Source: an uncultured Planctomycetia bacterium (GTDB lineage Bacteria; Omnitrophota; Gorgyraeia; Duberdicusellales; Duberdicusellaceae). From it: a stretch of DNA of 47,641 nucleotides. The first letter of the stretch is position 1. Each line of letters opens with the position of its first letter. Positions 35,801-45,275 of this stretch are shown in pieces. Both the position numbers and the translations under genes were made by a program. Where the stretch lies: positions 137,128-184,768 of the forward strand of contig CAZWJT010000005.1 in NCBI GenBank assembly GCA_964634935.1. The letters run 5' to 3'. Under the pieces are notes generated by a model. That model was not told where the DNA came from, made no database searches, and saw only the letters and a program-made list of their open reading frames with translations.

Positions 35801-36771
35801 ACAATGCCTGCCTTTAAAAGATCTTGCACGTCCACCATCCCCACCGGATGCTGCTTCCTGTCTACAACAGGAACTTCGTCTATCTTCTTGTCTTGAAGAA
35901 TTCTTAAAACCTCCGAAGCAAGCATATCCATGCCGACAGTCACGGGATTTTCCGTCATTACCTCTTTGACTGTTTTATGCAAAAGGTTCTTCTCGCTTTC
36001 TAAGCGCCTGCGTAAATCACCATCGGTAAAAATACCGATAAGCCTGCCTTGTGTATCAACAACCGAAGCTGCTCCGGCGCGTGCCTGCGTGATCGCGAGC
36101 AAAACCTTTGTAAGTTTTGTTTGCCCACCTACAATGGGGTTGGACTTCCCTTTGCGCATTACATCGCGTACCTGGAGTAATAATTTTTTTCCCAAGCTTC
36201 CCTGCGGATGCACCGAGGCAAAATCCTCCATGCGGAATTTTTTGATTCTTTGCACGGTAACACTGAGCGCGTCGCATAATGCCAGCATTGCCGTGGTTGA
36301 CGTAGTAGGAGCTAAACCCAGCGGACAAGCTTCCTTTTTAATATCAATCACTAAAGATACATCGGCGTATTCCGCGAGAGTGGATGCCTTATTCCCGGTA
36401 ATCGCGATCAGTAAAGCGCCGATCCGCTTTAAAAAAGGAACAAGGCTTTTCATTTCTTCGGTCTCACCGCTATACGACAACATAACAACCACATCTCCCC
36501 TGACTACTCTTCCGAGATCACCATGAAATGCCTCTGCCGGATGCAGCCACATGCTCGGAGTCCCCGTTGAAGACAGAGTGGCTGAAAATTTTTGGGCGAT
36601 AATGCCCGCCTTACCCATTCCGGTTGTAATAACCCGTGACCTACAGCGACGAAGCATCATTACTGCTCGTATAAAATGCTCATTCAAACAACTTTTGAGC
36701 GCCAGCAGAGCATCCGCCTCTATCGTTAAAACTTCCTGCCCCCACTGAAGAATCCTCTCTTTATGCTTCAT
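35797..36771 (-). CDS. kdsD: Arabinose-5-phosphate isomerase (SIS + 2 CBS domains)
   Basis: TGMGKAG, STGTP..LHPAEA.HGDLG, SYSGET, EACPLGLAPTTST, HPQGSLG and GIFTDGDLRR. Likely start ATG 36771 (ORF track 36792). Confidence 0.95.
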   Translation of the reverse strand: MKHKERILQWGQEVLTIEADALLALKSCLNEHFIRAVMMLRRCRSRVITTGMGKAGIIAQKFSATLSSTGTPSMWLHPAEAFHGDLGRVVRGDVVVMLSYSGETEEMKSLVPFLKRIGALLIAITGNKASTLAEYADVSLVIDIKKEACPLGLAPTTSTTAMLALCDALSVTVQRIKKFRMEDFASVHPQGSLGKKLLLQVRDVMRKGKSNPIVGGQTKLTKVLLAITQARAGAASVVDTQGRLIGIFTDGDLRRRLESEKNLLHKTVKEVMTENPVTVGMDMLASEVLRILQDKKIDEVPVVDRKQHPVGMVDVQDLLKAGIV

Positions 36772-37570
36772 GAGCAATATGGTTGACTTCAATTACCTTT
36801 CTCAGTATTTTCTCAACATTTCCCAAAGCGATGCTCGTTGATTTATCACTCAAAGCCTTGTGCGGATCGGGATGAACTTCTAAAAATAAGCCATCAACTC
36901 CAAATGCGGCAGCAGCCCGGCAAAGCGGGAAAACGAATTGCCGGTCACCCCCGGATATCCCCTGAGCTGCGGATGGTTTTTGCACTGAATGTGTCCCGTC
37001 AAAAATAACAGGATACCCGAAACAGGAAAGAATCCCAAATGAACGAAAATCTACAACCAGGTTGTTATAACCAAATGAGGTCCCGCGCTCAGTGATAAAA
37101 AGATCCTTATTGCCCGTGGATTCCACTTTCTCAATGATATACCGGACATCCCACGGAGCGATGAACTGAGCTTTTTTTATATTAATTATCTTTTTTGTCC
37201 TTGCTGCCGCAAGAATTAAGTCTGTTTGCCGGCATAAAAACGCCGGTATCTGGATAACATCCAAAATGTCTTGAGCCGGCTCAACCTGTGAAACACAGTG
37301 AACATCGCTGAGAATTCGGATTCCCAGGGTCTTTTTTACTTTCTCAAGAATTCTCAATCCCGGCATAAGACCTGGACCGCGATAGGAAGAAGCTGCTGTC
37401 CTGTTTGCCTTATCGTAGCTGGCTTTAAAGAAAAAATCGACTGCATACTTTTGAGTAATATCCTTAAGCACCGAAGCGATTTCCAAAGTAGAACGGGCAC
37501 TTTCTATAATACAAGGACCAGCGATAAAGATAAATTTTTTACGTGTTACTTTGTTCTTTTTGTATGGCAT
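36761..37570 (-). CDS. kdsA: KDO 8-phosphate synthase
   Basis: [48 protein letters not shown] and DGTHSVQ. Confidence 0.97.
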   Translation of the reverse strand: MPYKKNKVTRKKFIFIAGPCIIESARSTLEIASVLKDITQKYAVDFFFKASYDKANRTAASSYRGPGLMPGLRILEKVKKTLGIRILSDVHCVSQVEPAQDILDVIQIPAFLCRQTDLILAAARTKKIINIKKAQFIAPWDVRYIIEKVESTGNKDLFITERGTSFGYNNLVVDFRSFGILSCFGYPVIFDGTHSVQKPSAAQGISGGDRQFVFPLCRAAAAFGVDGLFLEVHPDPHKALSDKSTSIALGNVEKILRKVIEVNHIAHEA

Positions 37571-39162
37571 TGTAACGCTGCTTTAATGAAATCTCTAAAA
37601 AGCGGATGCGCTTTATCCGGTTTTGATTTAAATTCCGGATGGAATTGACACCCGACAAACCATGGATGATCTCGCAATTCAATGATCTCCACAAGCCCCC
37701 GTTCAGAAAAAATACCTGAAAGTACCAATCCAGCTTTCTCAAAAACATCCCGATACTTATTATTAAATTCATAACGATGCCGGTGGCGTTCCTGAATAAT
37801 TTTTTTCTTGTAAGCAGTGTATGCGAGCGTATGTTCTTTGAGCGTACACGGATAAGCTCCCAGTCGCATCGTTCCTCCAAGTTCAGAAATATTCCGTTGC
37901 TCGCTCAGTAACGAGATGACTGGGTAGGAAGTATCTTTATTAAATTCGGTGGAATTGGCATCTTTGAAACCACAAACCGCACGGGCAAATTCAATAACCG
38001 CGGTTTGCATTCCTAAACAAATCCCAAAAAGCGGTATATTCTGGGTGCGCGCGTAGTGAATCGCTGCAATCTTTCCCTCAATACCCCGGCTGCCAAATCC
38101 TCCAGGAATTAAAATTCCATGTACATCTTTCAGAAAATATTCTGCATCTTTTTTCTCAATATCTTCCGAATCGATTCTCTCCAATACAAGGCGCGTGTCA
38201 TTCGCTAAAGCTCCATGCCGCAAAGATTCATAGATCGACTTATAGGCATCTTGCAGCTGGATATATTTACCTACGACGGCAATACGAACCTCCCAGCGTG
38301 GGTTTGCCGCGCGCTCTACAACCGTATGGGCCCAGTCTTTCAGATTGCTTGCCAGAAATTTGAGATGAAGCTTACGCAAAATAATTTCATCAAGCTCCTG
38401 CTCTTTATAAATGAGGGGGATGCTGTAGATATCTTTGACATCAATTGCTTCGATAACGCAATCTTCTTCGACATTACAAAATAATCCTATCTTCTCTTTG
38501 ACTTTCTTGCTTAATGGCCTTTCGGTACGACAGAGAAGAATCTCTGGTTGAATACCAATTTCCCTCAATTTTCCGACGCTGTGTTGAGTTGGTTTTGTCT
38601 TAATTTCGTCAGCCGCTGAAATATACGGTATAAGGCTCATATGAATATTCAGGGCGTTTTTAACGCCCAGCTCAAGCTTTAACTGGCGGATTGCTTCCAA
38701 AAACGGCAGACTTTCAATATCCCCTACGGTTCCGCCAATCTCGACCAAAACAACTTTTGCTTTCCCGCTTGCTACTCTTTTCAGCATTGACTTTATTTCA
38801 TCAGTAATATGAGGAACCACCTGAACAGTTTCCCCTAAGAATTCGCCTTTGCGCTCTTTGGAAATCACGGAATAATACACCTTGCCGGTGGTGATATTGT
38901 TATCTTTACTGGCAACGATTGAAGTAAATCGTTCGTAATGCCCTAAATCCAGGTCTGTTTCCGCTCCATCCTCGGTGACATAAACTTCTCCATGCTGATG
39001 CGGGTTCATCGTGCCGGGATCAACATTAATATATGGATCACACTTAATCACGTTTACCTTAATCCCCCGCGATTCAAGAAGTCTTCCGATTGATGCGGCG
39101 GCAATTCCCTTACCTAAGCTTGAAACTACTCCACCGGTAATAAAAATATATTTTTTTGCCAT
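37546..39162 (-). CDS. pyrG: CTP synthase
   Basis: [53 protein letters not shown] and QFHPEF. Start ATG 39162 (ORF track 39192). Confidence 0.98.
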   Translation of the reverse strand: MAKKYIFITGGVVSSLGKGIAAASIGRLLESRGIKVNVIKCDPYINVDPGTMNPHQHGEVYVTEDGAETDLDLGHYERFTSIVASKDNNITTGKVYYSVISKERKGEFLGETVQVVPHITDEIKSMLKRVASGKAKVVLVEIGGTVGDIESLPFLEAIRQLKLELGVKNALNIHMSLIPYISAADEIKTKPTQHSVGKLREIGIQPEILLCRTERPLSKKVKEKIGLFCNVEEDCVIEAIDVKDIYSIPLIYKEQELDEIILRKLHLKFLASNLKDWAHTVVERAANPRWEVRIAVVGKYIQLQDAYKSIYESLRHGALANDTRLVLERIDSEDIEKKDAEYFLKDVHGILIPGGFGSRGIEGKIAAIHYARTQNIPLFGICLGMQTAVIEFARAVCGFKDANSTEFNKDTSYPVISLLSEQRNISELGGTMRLGAYPCTLKEHTLAYTAYKKKIIQERHRHRYEFNNKYRDVFEKAGLVLSGIFSERGLVEIIELRDHPWFVGCQFHPEFKSKPDKAHPLFRDFIKAALQCHTKRTK

Positions 39163-39163
39163 T

Positions 39164-39898
39164 TTAAGTATTTCGACGCAACAGTTCTTCAACCCGAATT
39201 AAATCTTCCGCGGTGTCAACCCCGCATGTCTCATGATTCGTTTCGATTGTTTTAATGCGCAGTCCGGCTTCCAACACCCGAAGTTGTTCTAGTTTCTCTG
39301 CGCTTTCCAAAACACCCGGGATAAGCTTTGGAAATTTTTCCAAGAACCACTCTCGATAAGCATAAATTCCAAGGTGTTTATAACGCAGGATATCTTGGTC
39401 ATTATCGCGCAAATATGGTATCGTTGCACGCGAAAAATAAAGGGCATAACCATGCCGATCAATGACAACTTTGACTACAGATGGATTGGTAACTTCTTCC
39501 GTGCGCTCAATCTTCTTTATCACCGTTGCCATGGGCAAGGAATAATCCTCTTTTTGTAATAGTTGAACGAGCCCATCAATCGTCTCTCGATGAATCAGTG
39601 GTTCATCAGCTTGGATATTCACCACAATATCCGCTGGTATGCCTTGAATGACTTCCGCAATGCGCTCAGTGCCTGAGGAATGTTTTGGCGAAGTAAGATA
39701 CACTCGCGGAGAAAACTTTTTGCACACCGTAAGAAGCTCCTCGTCATCACAGGCAATAACCAAATCGGAGAGCGTTGAAGCTCGCTGTGCTGCTTCCCAG
39801 GTCCATTGAATCAATGGCTTTCCAAGAATATTCCTTAAAAGCTTCTTGGCTAGTCTCTGCGAATGAAGACGCGCGGGGATTACCCCCAAAACCTTCAT
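39164..39898 (-). CDS. kdsB: 3-deoxy-manno-octulosonate cytidylyltransferase
   Basis: [44 protein letters not shown] and LEQLRVLE. Confidence 0.96.
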   Translation of the reverse strand: MKVLGVIPARLHSQRLAKKLLRNILGKPLIQWTWEAAQRASTLSDLVIACDDEELLTVCKKFSPRVYLTSPKHSSGTERIAEVIQGIPADIVVNIQADEPLIHRETIDGLVQLLQKEDYSLPMATVIKKIERTEEVTNPSVVKVVIDRHGYALYFSRATIPYLRDNDQDILRYKHLGIYAYREWFLEKFPKLIPGVLESAEKLEQLRVLEAGLRIKTIETNHETCGVDTAEDLIRVEELLRRNT

Positions 39899-40947
39899 AG
39901 TTTACTGAAATAAACGTCGTGGATATCTTCGAGGCGTTCTTTAAATTCCCAGGGGCTAACTGTTGAAACTCCAAATTTTCCAACTACAATTCCTGCTGCC
40001 ACATTCGCAAGTGCTGCCGCCTCCAGAAAATCACCTCCGCACGCAAGAGCTGCCGTAAACACAGCAATAACGGTGTCCCCTGCTCCGGACACATCGAAAA
40101 CCTCCAAAGCGAACGTCGGCAGATGAAACTCTCCTCGATCTTTCAAAAACAACGACATCCCCTCTTCGCCCCGGGTAATCAGAAGTGCCTGCGGACATAA
40201 ACGTTCCATAATTAAATCTTTTACGATGGAAATATCTTCTTTCTTGCGGATTCTAAAGTTAGCTGCGTTTTGGGCCTCTTTCAGGTTCGGCGTTAAGGCA
40301 GTGACATTTTTATATAAATCAAAATGATCTTCTTTCGGATCAACGGTAACTATCTTCTTCTTTTTATTACAGAGTGGCAATATCTCTTCGAGAACTCGAG
40401 CGTTTATTACTCCTTTCCCATAATCTTCGATAATGAAAGCATCAAAAAGATCAATATTCTTCTGAATCAACTGAATAATCTTTTCACTGACCCGAGACGA
40501 TAATTCCTCACGTGATTCCCAATCAATACGCACAATTTGCTGATGCTGCCCAACAATCCTTGTCTTTAAAGAAGTCGGGCGCAGGGAATCTCGGATAACA
40601 AACTCGCTTCCAAGGTGCTGTTCCCGCGCTAAAGCGAGCAAACGCGATCCATAATGATCCTTCCCCACTACTCCACAGAGGGCGGCATTACTCCCTAAGC
40701 TTGCAAGATTATGAGCCACATTGGAAGCACCGCCTAAAAGATAGCTCTCCTTGTGCGCCCAAACAACCGGCACAGGAGCTTCGGGGGAAAGACGCTCAGC
40801 GCTTCCGTAAATATAGTGGTCAAGAATCAGGTCACCGATAACAAGAATGCGTGTCTTTTTTATATGCGCAAGGATCTTGTAAAGCGTGTGCAGGTCACAT
40901 TTAAGCTTCTTTTCCATTTTCTTAATATTTTTTGAGGATTTTATCAT
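39895..40947 (-). CDS. rfaE1: D-glycero-beta-D-manno-heptose-7-phosphate kinase (RfaE/HldE domain I, stand-alone)
   Basis: IGDLILD.Y..G..RLSPEAPVPV, GGASNVA.N, EDYGKG, VDPK, TPNLKEA and FDVSGAGDTV. No adenylyltransferase domain; start may be 40917. Confidence 0.92.
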   Translation of the reverse strand: MIKSSKNIKKMEKKLKCDLHTLYKILAHIKKTRILVIGDLILDHYIYGSAERLSPEAPVPVVWAHKESYLLGGASNVAHNLASLGSNAALCGVVGKDHYGSRLLALAREQHLGSEFVIRDSLRPTSLKTRIVGQHQQIVRIDWESREELSSRVSEKIIQLIQKNIDLFDAFIIEDYGKGVINARVLEEILPLCNKKKKIVTVDPKEDHFDLYKNVTALTPNLKEAQNAANFRIRKKEDISIVKDLIMERLCPQALLITRGEEGMSLFLKDRGEFHLPTFALEVFDVSGAGDTVIAVFTAALACGGDFLEAAALANVAAGIVVGKFGVSTVSPWEFKERLEDIHDVYFSKL

Positions 40948-41005
40948 AGAAGCTTATGTTTGGCAAATAAAATAAAGGCGGCTACAAAGAAAGGGGCTGA
41001 AGAAG

Positions 41006-42031
41006 CTAAAGTATCTCTTTGGCCTTGGAAAATACTTCCCGGGGGGTGATAGACCGAATACACAAAAAATCGTTCACGCACTCATGGGCCCGACAAACGG
41101 CACAGCCAGAATCCTTATGAAAATAATATGCTCTATCGCCTAAGACTTTCCAGCGCTTCGGAGAAAGCCCTGGTTGTTTCCTGCCAAAAAGAGTAATAAC
41201 CGGCGTGCCAAAAGCTCCGGCGATATGCCCAAGTCCGGAATCATTCCCGATAAAAATAGACGCTCGATTCAACAAAGAAATAGCCTGACGGAGATTTGTT
41301 TGGCCACAGAGATTGATCACTGAGCCTGCAAAGCCAGCGCAGATTGTGCCGGCCGATTCGGAATCATCGGTCGAGCCAATTAAAATAATCTGTCTATTCA
41401 GCTGGGCTTGAACCATCTGGCACAATTCGATAAAATTTTGTACAGGCCACAGCTTTGAGAAACAGCTTGCCCCGATCCCGAGAACAACCGGTGAAGAAAT
41501 CTGGTGTTTGCGAAAAAAGTTATCTGCCCATTTCTCGGCCTCCGGATAAACCGGAACAAAAAGACGCTCTGTCTGCACCGGAATGCCCGCCCGCGAAAGA
41601 AGCATGAGCGTATAATCACGCTCATGGTACAACCCAAGATGTTTCTCATGAAAAAAAGACTTCGTGAGCAGGAATCCGCATTTTCGATTCCAGCCAATCC
41701 GCACCCTTGCTCCGCTTAAAAAAGCAAGAAGATGTGCTCGGTTGGTGGGATGTAGCACAACTACCAGATCAAATTTCTTCTTCCGCAATCTAAGACCAAA
41801 CTGCATGGTCGCTGAAAATGAAGGGTGCTTCTTCTTATCATATACGATAACTTCGTTGAGAAACGGGTTAGCCGCAACAATATCATACCCCGCAGGCGCA
41901 CAGAGAAAAACGATATTACTATGAGGAGCATAGAGGCGAAGATTTTCAACAACTGGAGTAGAAAGAACTGCGTCTCCGATGCGATCCGTACGAATAACTA
42001 GAATATTCCGCAATCTTTCTGGCTGTAGCAT
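41006..42031 (-). CDS. Glycosyltransferase family 9 (LPS heptosyltransferase-like)
   Basis: RTDRIGDAVLSTP, GAS..SKLWP, GQTNL and NDSGLGH.A..GTP..TLFG. Likely start ATG 42031 via TAATG overlap (ORF track 42040). Confidence 0.9.
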   Translation of the reverse strand: MLQPERLRNILVIRTDRIGDAVLSTPVVENLRLYAPHSNIVFLCAPAGYDIVAANPFLNEVIVYDKKKHPSFSATMQFGLRLRKKKFDLVVVLHPTNRAHLLAFLSGARVRIGWNRKCGFLLTKSFFHEKHLGLYHERDYTLMLLSRAGIPVQTERLFVPVYPEAEKWADNFFRKHQISSPVVLGIGASCFSKLWPVQNFIELCQMVQAQLNRQIILIGSTDDSESAGTICAGFAGSVINLCGQTNLRQAISLLNRASIFIGNDSGLGHIAGAFGTPVITLFGRKQPGLSPKRWKVLGDRAYYFHKDSGCAVCRAHECVNDFLCIRSITPREVFSKAKEIL

Positions 42032-42963
42032 TACGCACATATTTTTCTGAGCGCCGAAGAAAGTTGCTCAGGAAGAATCTCGCGTATGCAACGTTGGGCA
42101 GATTCTGAACATGCGCTTTGCATACAGGGAGAACATTGAACTTGGGAATGAACCACGATGTGCTTCTGACTGAACGGACCGTAGAGAACCGGCGATGTCG
42201 GTCCAAAAATTCCTACGGTAGGAATATCTAGAAGACTGGCGATATGTAAAAGCGCTGAATCAACCCCCATGAAAGCCAGGGCGTATTCTTTTAACAAGAA
42301 AAAAATATCAGCAATCTCGGTTTCTCCGGCGAGGTTAATCATATTTTCATTCGCTATTTCATCAATCGCATTCTTGTTATCGGAGGTAGCCAGAAAAACA
42401 AAAGTAAATTGACCTTGAAAAGATGCCATGACTCTTGAAAATTCAGAGATCGGATACGATTTCAAAGCGCTCCTTGAATGAATACTGACAAACACATACT
42501 TTTTGTTTCCTAAAATAAGACGAAAATGCTCCCGCCTGCGTGCTGGGATAAACGGAACTAGCGGTTTTGCCTTGGTGTTATCGTTGACGAGTCTTTTGAT
42601 AAGAGAGCGGTTTCTCAAGGTCAGATGAAGAGAATCGGGAAACATACGCACCCACGAAGTAACCCGCTGAGCACCACAGAGATAGGCAAACGCTGAATTT
42701 TTAAAATCGGCGACAAGATAAAATTTTCCGAAGAGCCCACGGCAGAAATCAATCTTTTCTCGGATGGCAAAATCTTTACGATATACCAAAATTTCTCGGA
42801 ACTGGTCAAAGCTACGCAAAAAAACCTCTGTTGACGGAGAAGCTACGGCATAAAAATAACTCTCGGGGTAATTTGCCGCGAGAACTCCAACCGCCGGGAA
42901 CGCAAGAAGCGTATCGCCGATGTTGGAAGGAAAAACAATCAGAATATCCCGCCGCTTGCTCAT
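42031..42963 (-). CDS. Glycosyltransferase family 9, divergent and shortened
   Basis: SNIGDTLLA, LKSYP, NLAGET and VDSALLHIA..IPTVGIFGPTS..YGP. Confidence 0.82.
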   Translation of the reverse strand: MSKRRDILIVFPSNIGDTLLAFPAVGVLAANYPESYFYAVASPSTEVFLRSFDQFREILVYRKDFAIREKIDFCRGLFGKFYLVADFKNSAFAYLCGAQRVTSWVRMFPDSLHLTLRNRSLIKRLVNDNTKAKPLVPFIPARRREHFRLILGNKKYVFVSIHSRSALKSYPISEFSRVMASFQGQFTFVFLATSDNKNAIDEIANENMINLAGETEIADIFFLLKEYALAFMGVDSALLHIASLLDIPTVGIFGPTSPVLYGPFSQKHIVVHSQVQCSPCMQSACSESAQRCIREILPEQLSSALRKICA

Positions 42964-43988
42964 ATCCGTAAAATCTGGTGAACCTTTCCGACAACTTCTT
43001 CCGGAGTAATCTCACTCATACAAGAAGTTTTATGACACGAATGCACATAACACGGTTTTGCGCAGTTGATTTCTTTTTCAATCACGTAACTAGCCCCTTT
43101 GCCGCGCGGTCCAGTCAAAGCTGATGAGGTCGGCCCGAACAAGGAAAGCGTCCTGCCGCAAACCGCGCTGCATAAATGCATCGCTCCGGTATCGGCCGAA
43201 ATAAAAAGATGCAATCTTTTTAAAAATGCGGCAAATTCTCGCAGTGAAAGTTTTCCTGCGAGGCTACAAGGCTTATAATGCATATGTGAAACAATTTTAT
43301 CGCAAAGGCTTATTTCCTTTTCAGTACCAGTCAAAAAAACCATGACCCCCTCCGCCATTAATTGATCTGCGAGTTGAGCATAGTGCCCATACGGCCATTG
43401 CTTCAACTCCCAATTCGCTCCCGGATGGATACCGATGAAATGGCGATAGGAAGAAAATGGCGCGAGCAGCTTGCTGCTCGCTCGCACTTCTTGTTCTTCC
43501 AGAAAAACCTCAGCGAATCTCTCTTGCACATCAATATGCAAAGGTTTTAGCAGAAGCAAATACTTATCCATTCGATGCATGTCGTTATGAGCAGGAACCA
43601 TGGTATCTACTAAAAACTTTGTTTTCGTTCTTTGAAAACCTACGAGTCTGCGTATTCCGGAAAGTCTACAGAGGAGGGCGCGAGTAAATGAACGATGGAT
43701 CAAAAGAGCGGTATTAAATCTTTTCCTGCGCAGCATCTGGACGAAAAGCAAACGAGCCGCTAAACTCTTTTGCTCTTTTTTCTCATCAAACTCAATCAGC
43801 TCATCAATAAAAGGATTACCCAGAAGGATGTCCTTCTGTCGTTTATTGACTAAAGCCCCGAGATAACACCCGGGATAAAATTTCTTGATAGCCCTAAAGA
43901 AAGGCGTAGTCAATAATACGTCCCCAAGCCAATTGACCTCAACAACCAAAATTCTTTTTTCCATAGACGCTTTCCGCCCGAGTGCCAT
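42960..43988 (-). CDS. waaF: Glycosyltransferase family 9, LPS heptosyltransferase II-like
   Basis: VNWLGDVLLTTP, HPGANWELKQWP, AGKLSL and DTGAMH..LFGPTS. The NWLGD motif is typical of WaaF-like members; the exact acceptor step is uncertain. Confidence 0.75.
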   Translation of the reverse strand: MALGRKASMEKRILVVEVNWLGDVLLTTPFFRAIKKFYPGCYLGALVNKRQKDILLGNPFIDELIEFDEKKEQKSLAARLLFVQMLRRKRFNTALLIHRSFTRALLCRLSGIRRLVGFQRTKTKFLVDTMVPAHNDMHRMDKYLLLLKPLHIDVQERFAEVFLEEQEVRASSKLLAPFSSYRHFIGIHPGANWELKQWPYGHYAQLADQLMAEGVMVFLTGTEKEISLCDKIVSHMHYKPCSLAGKLSLREFAAFLKRLHLFISADTGAMHLCSAVCGRTLSLFGPTSSALTGPRGKGASYVIEKEINCAKPCYVHSCHKTSCMSEITPEEVVGKVHQILRI

Positions 43989-44021
43989 CCGGAAGATCTA
44001 TAAGAAGAAAAATAGGAGAGC

Positions 44022-45194
44022 TTAAAATCCTCGTAATTTTTTCAGAATATCCGTTGCTTTTTGCTTATCCCGGCTGGAAAGCTCTTTTCCAACTGCAAGC
44101 CCCAAGTATTTAATTGCTTCTTCTTTATTCGCCTTATTATAGTGTGCAAGACCTAAGTGGTATAGGATTTCCCCGTTATCCTTAGCAAGAACATATGCTT
44201 TTTTAAAGGCATCCAGCGCTTGGTCCATATTCCCGGAAGACATATGGGTTAATCCAAGCGTATCGAGAAAATAAGGATTATCAGGAAAAGCTGCGACTGC
44301 TTTCTGAACCAGAGGAATCGCCTCTTTGAGATCAGTCATAAGAAGCGCCAGATTATTCTGAGCCATAGCAATGATAGGAGCCACATCGACAATCTGCTTC
44401 AGCTGTGTTTTTGCTACTTCCGCATTTCCACGCTGTAAATTAAGCATTGCTAAATTATAGAGGCGCGCTAAGTTTGGATTTGCATCAGAAAGTTCTTTGT
44501 AGCCCTCAGCAGCATCTTTTGCCCACTTATCTTGTTCCGAAGAAGGGATAATACCCAGATAACTCTTTGCGATACGACTGGTAGGATTTGCCTGCAAAAC
44601 TTTCTTAAAATGAGTAACAGCCCGCTCATATTGATTGGTGCGATAGTATGCCTGGGCAAGCATTTCTTCAATCAAAGCAAAATCCGGAGTTTTTTCCAGA
44701 ATCTTCTCGCACATACTGATGACACCGCGGTCATCACCGTTAAACAGGTATGCGTAAGCCAGAAGAATCGTTACTGAGTAATTCCCCGAATCGGTTAACA
44801 AAACCTCTTTTCCCAATCGAATCGCGTCATTGTAATTCCGGGCGTTAAAATACGCGGAAGCAAGCCGGCTTTTCAAAATATTATTTTGAGGATCTTTAGC
44901 TAGCTCACGCTGTAATTCGCGAATTTTTGATTCTTGAAGCGTGACGATATTCACATCTCGGGGATTGAGAGTCGCCGCATCGGTTTGCGTAGGAACAAAT
45001 CGGCGATAATTTGTCCTGCGTTCGAAAAGAATCCGTCTTCCTTCATCGCCTAAATCAATGAGCACCTGGGCGATGGCGTCCCGTTTTCCCTTCACTTCAG
45101 CCTGATCATAAATAAATTTTCCAACTACTCCGGTAAGGCCAAGTAACACTCCTACATTCAGCATAAAGAACGCAAAAATCTTAAATTTACTCAT
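44022..45194 (-). CDS. Membrane-anchored multi-TPR protein
   Basis: N-terminal hydrophobic segment (residues ~6-29), then about 8 TPR-like repeats, e.g. LAQAYY..NQY..AV..FKKVL..NP, NNLALL and DTLG..H..G..ALDAFKKA; GGGAGG SD. Confidence 0.85.
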   Translation of the reverse strand: MSKFKIFAFFMLNVGVLLGLTGVVGKFIYDQAEVKGKRDAIAQVLIDLGDEGRRILFERRTNYRRFVPTQTDAATLNPRDVNIVTLQESKIRELQRELAKDPQNNILKSRLASAYFNARNYNDAIRLGKEVLLTDSGNYSVTILLAYAYLFNGDDRGVISMCEKILEKTPDFALIEEMLAQAYYRTNQYERAVTHFKKVLQANPTSRIAKSYLGIIPSSEQDKWAKDAAEGYKELSDANPNLARLYNLAMLNLQRGNAEVAKTQLKQIVDVAPIIAMAQNNLALLMTDLKEAIPLVQKAVAAFPDNPYFLDTLGLTHMSSGNMDQALDAFKKAYVLAKDNGEILYHLGLAHYNKANKEEAIKYLGLAVGKELSSRDKQKATDILKKLRGF

Positions 45195-45229
45195 CTTGCC
45201 TCCCGATTTACATATCTATCCCTTATAAA

Positions 45230-45257
45230 AATATACCGAATATTCCATGAAAATCAA
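45230..45257 (-). promoter_or_regulatory. Possible sigma70 promoter upstream of the membrane TPR gene
   Basis: TTGATT-N16-TATATT on the minus strand. Confidence 0.4.
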
Positions 45258-45275
45258 GCTTTTTATTCCCTGTGT

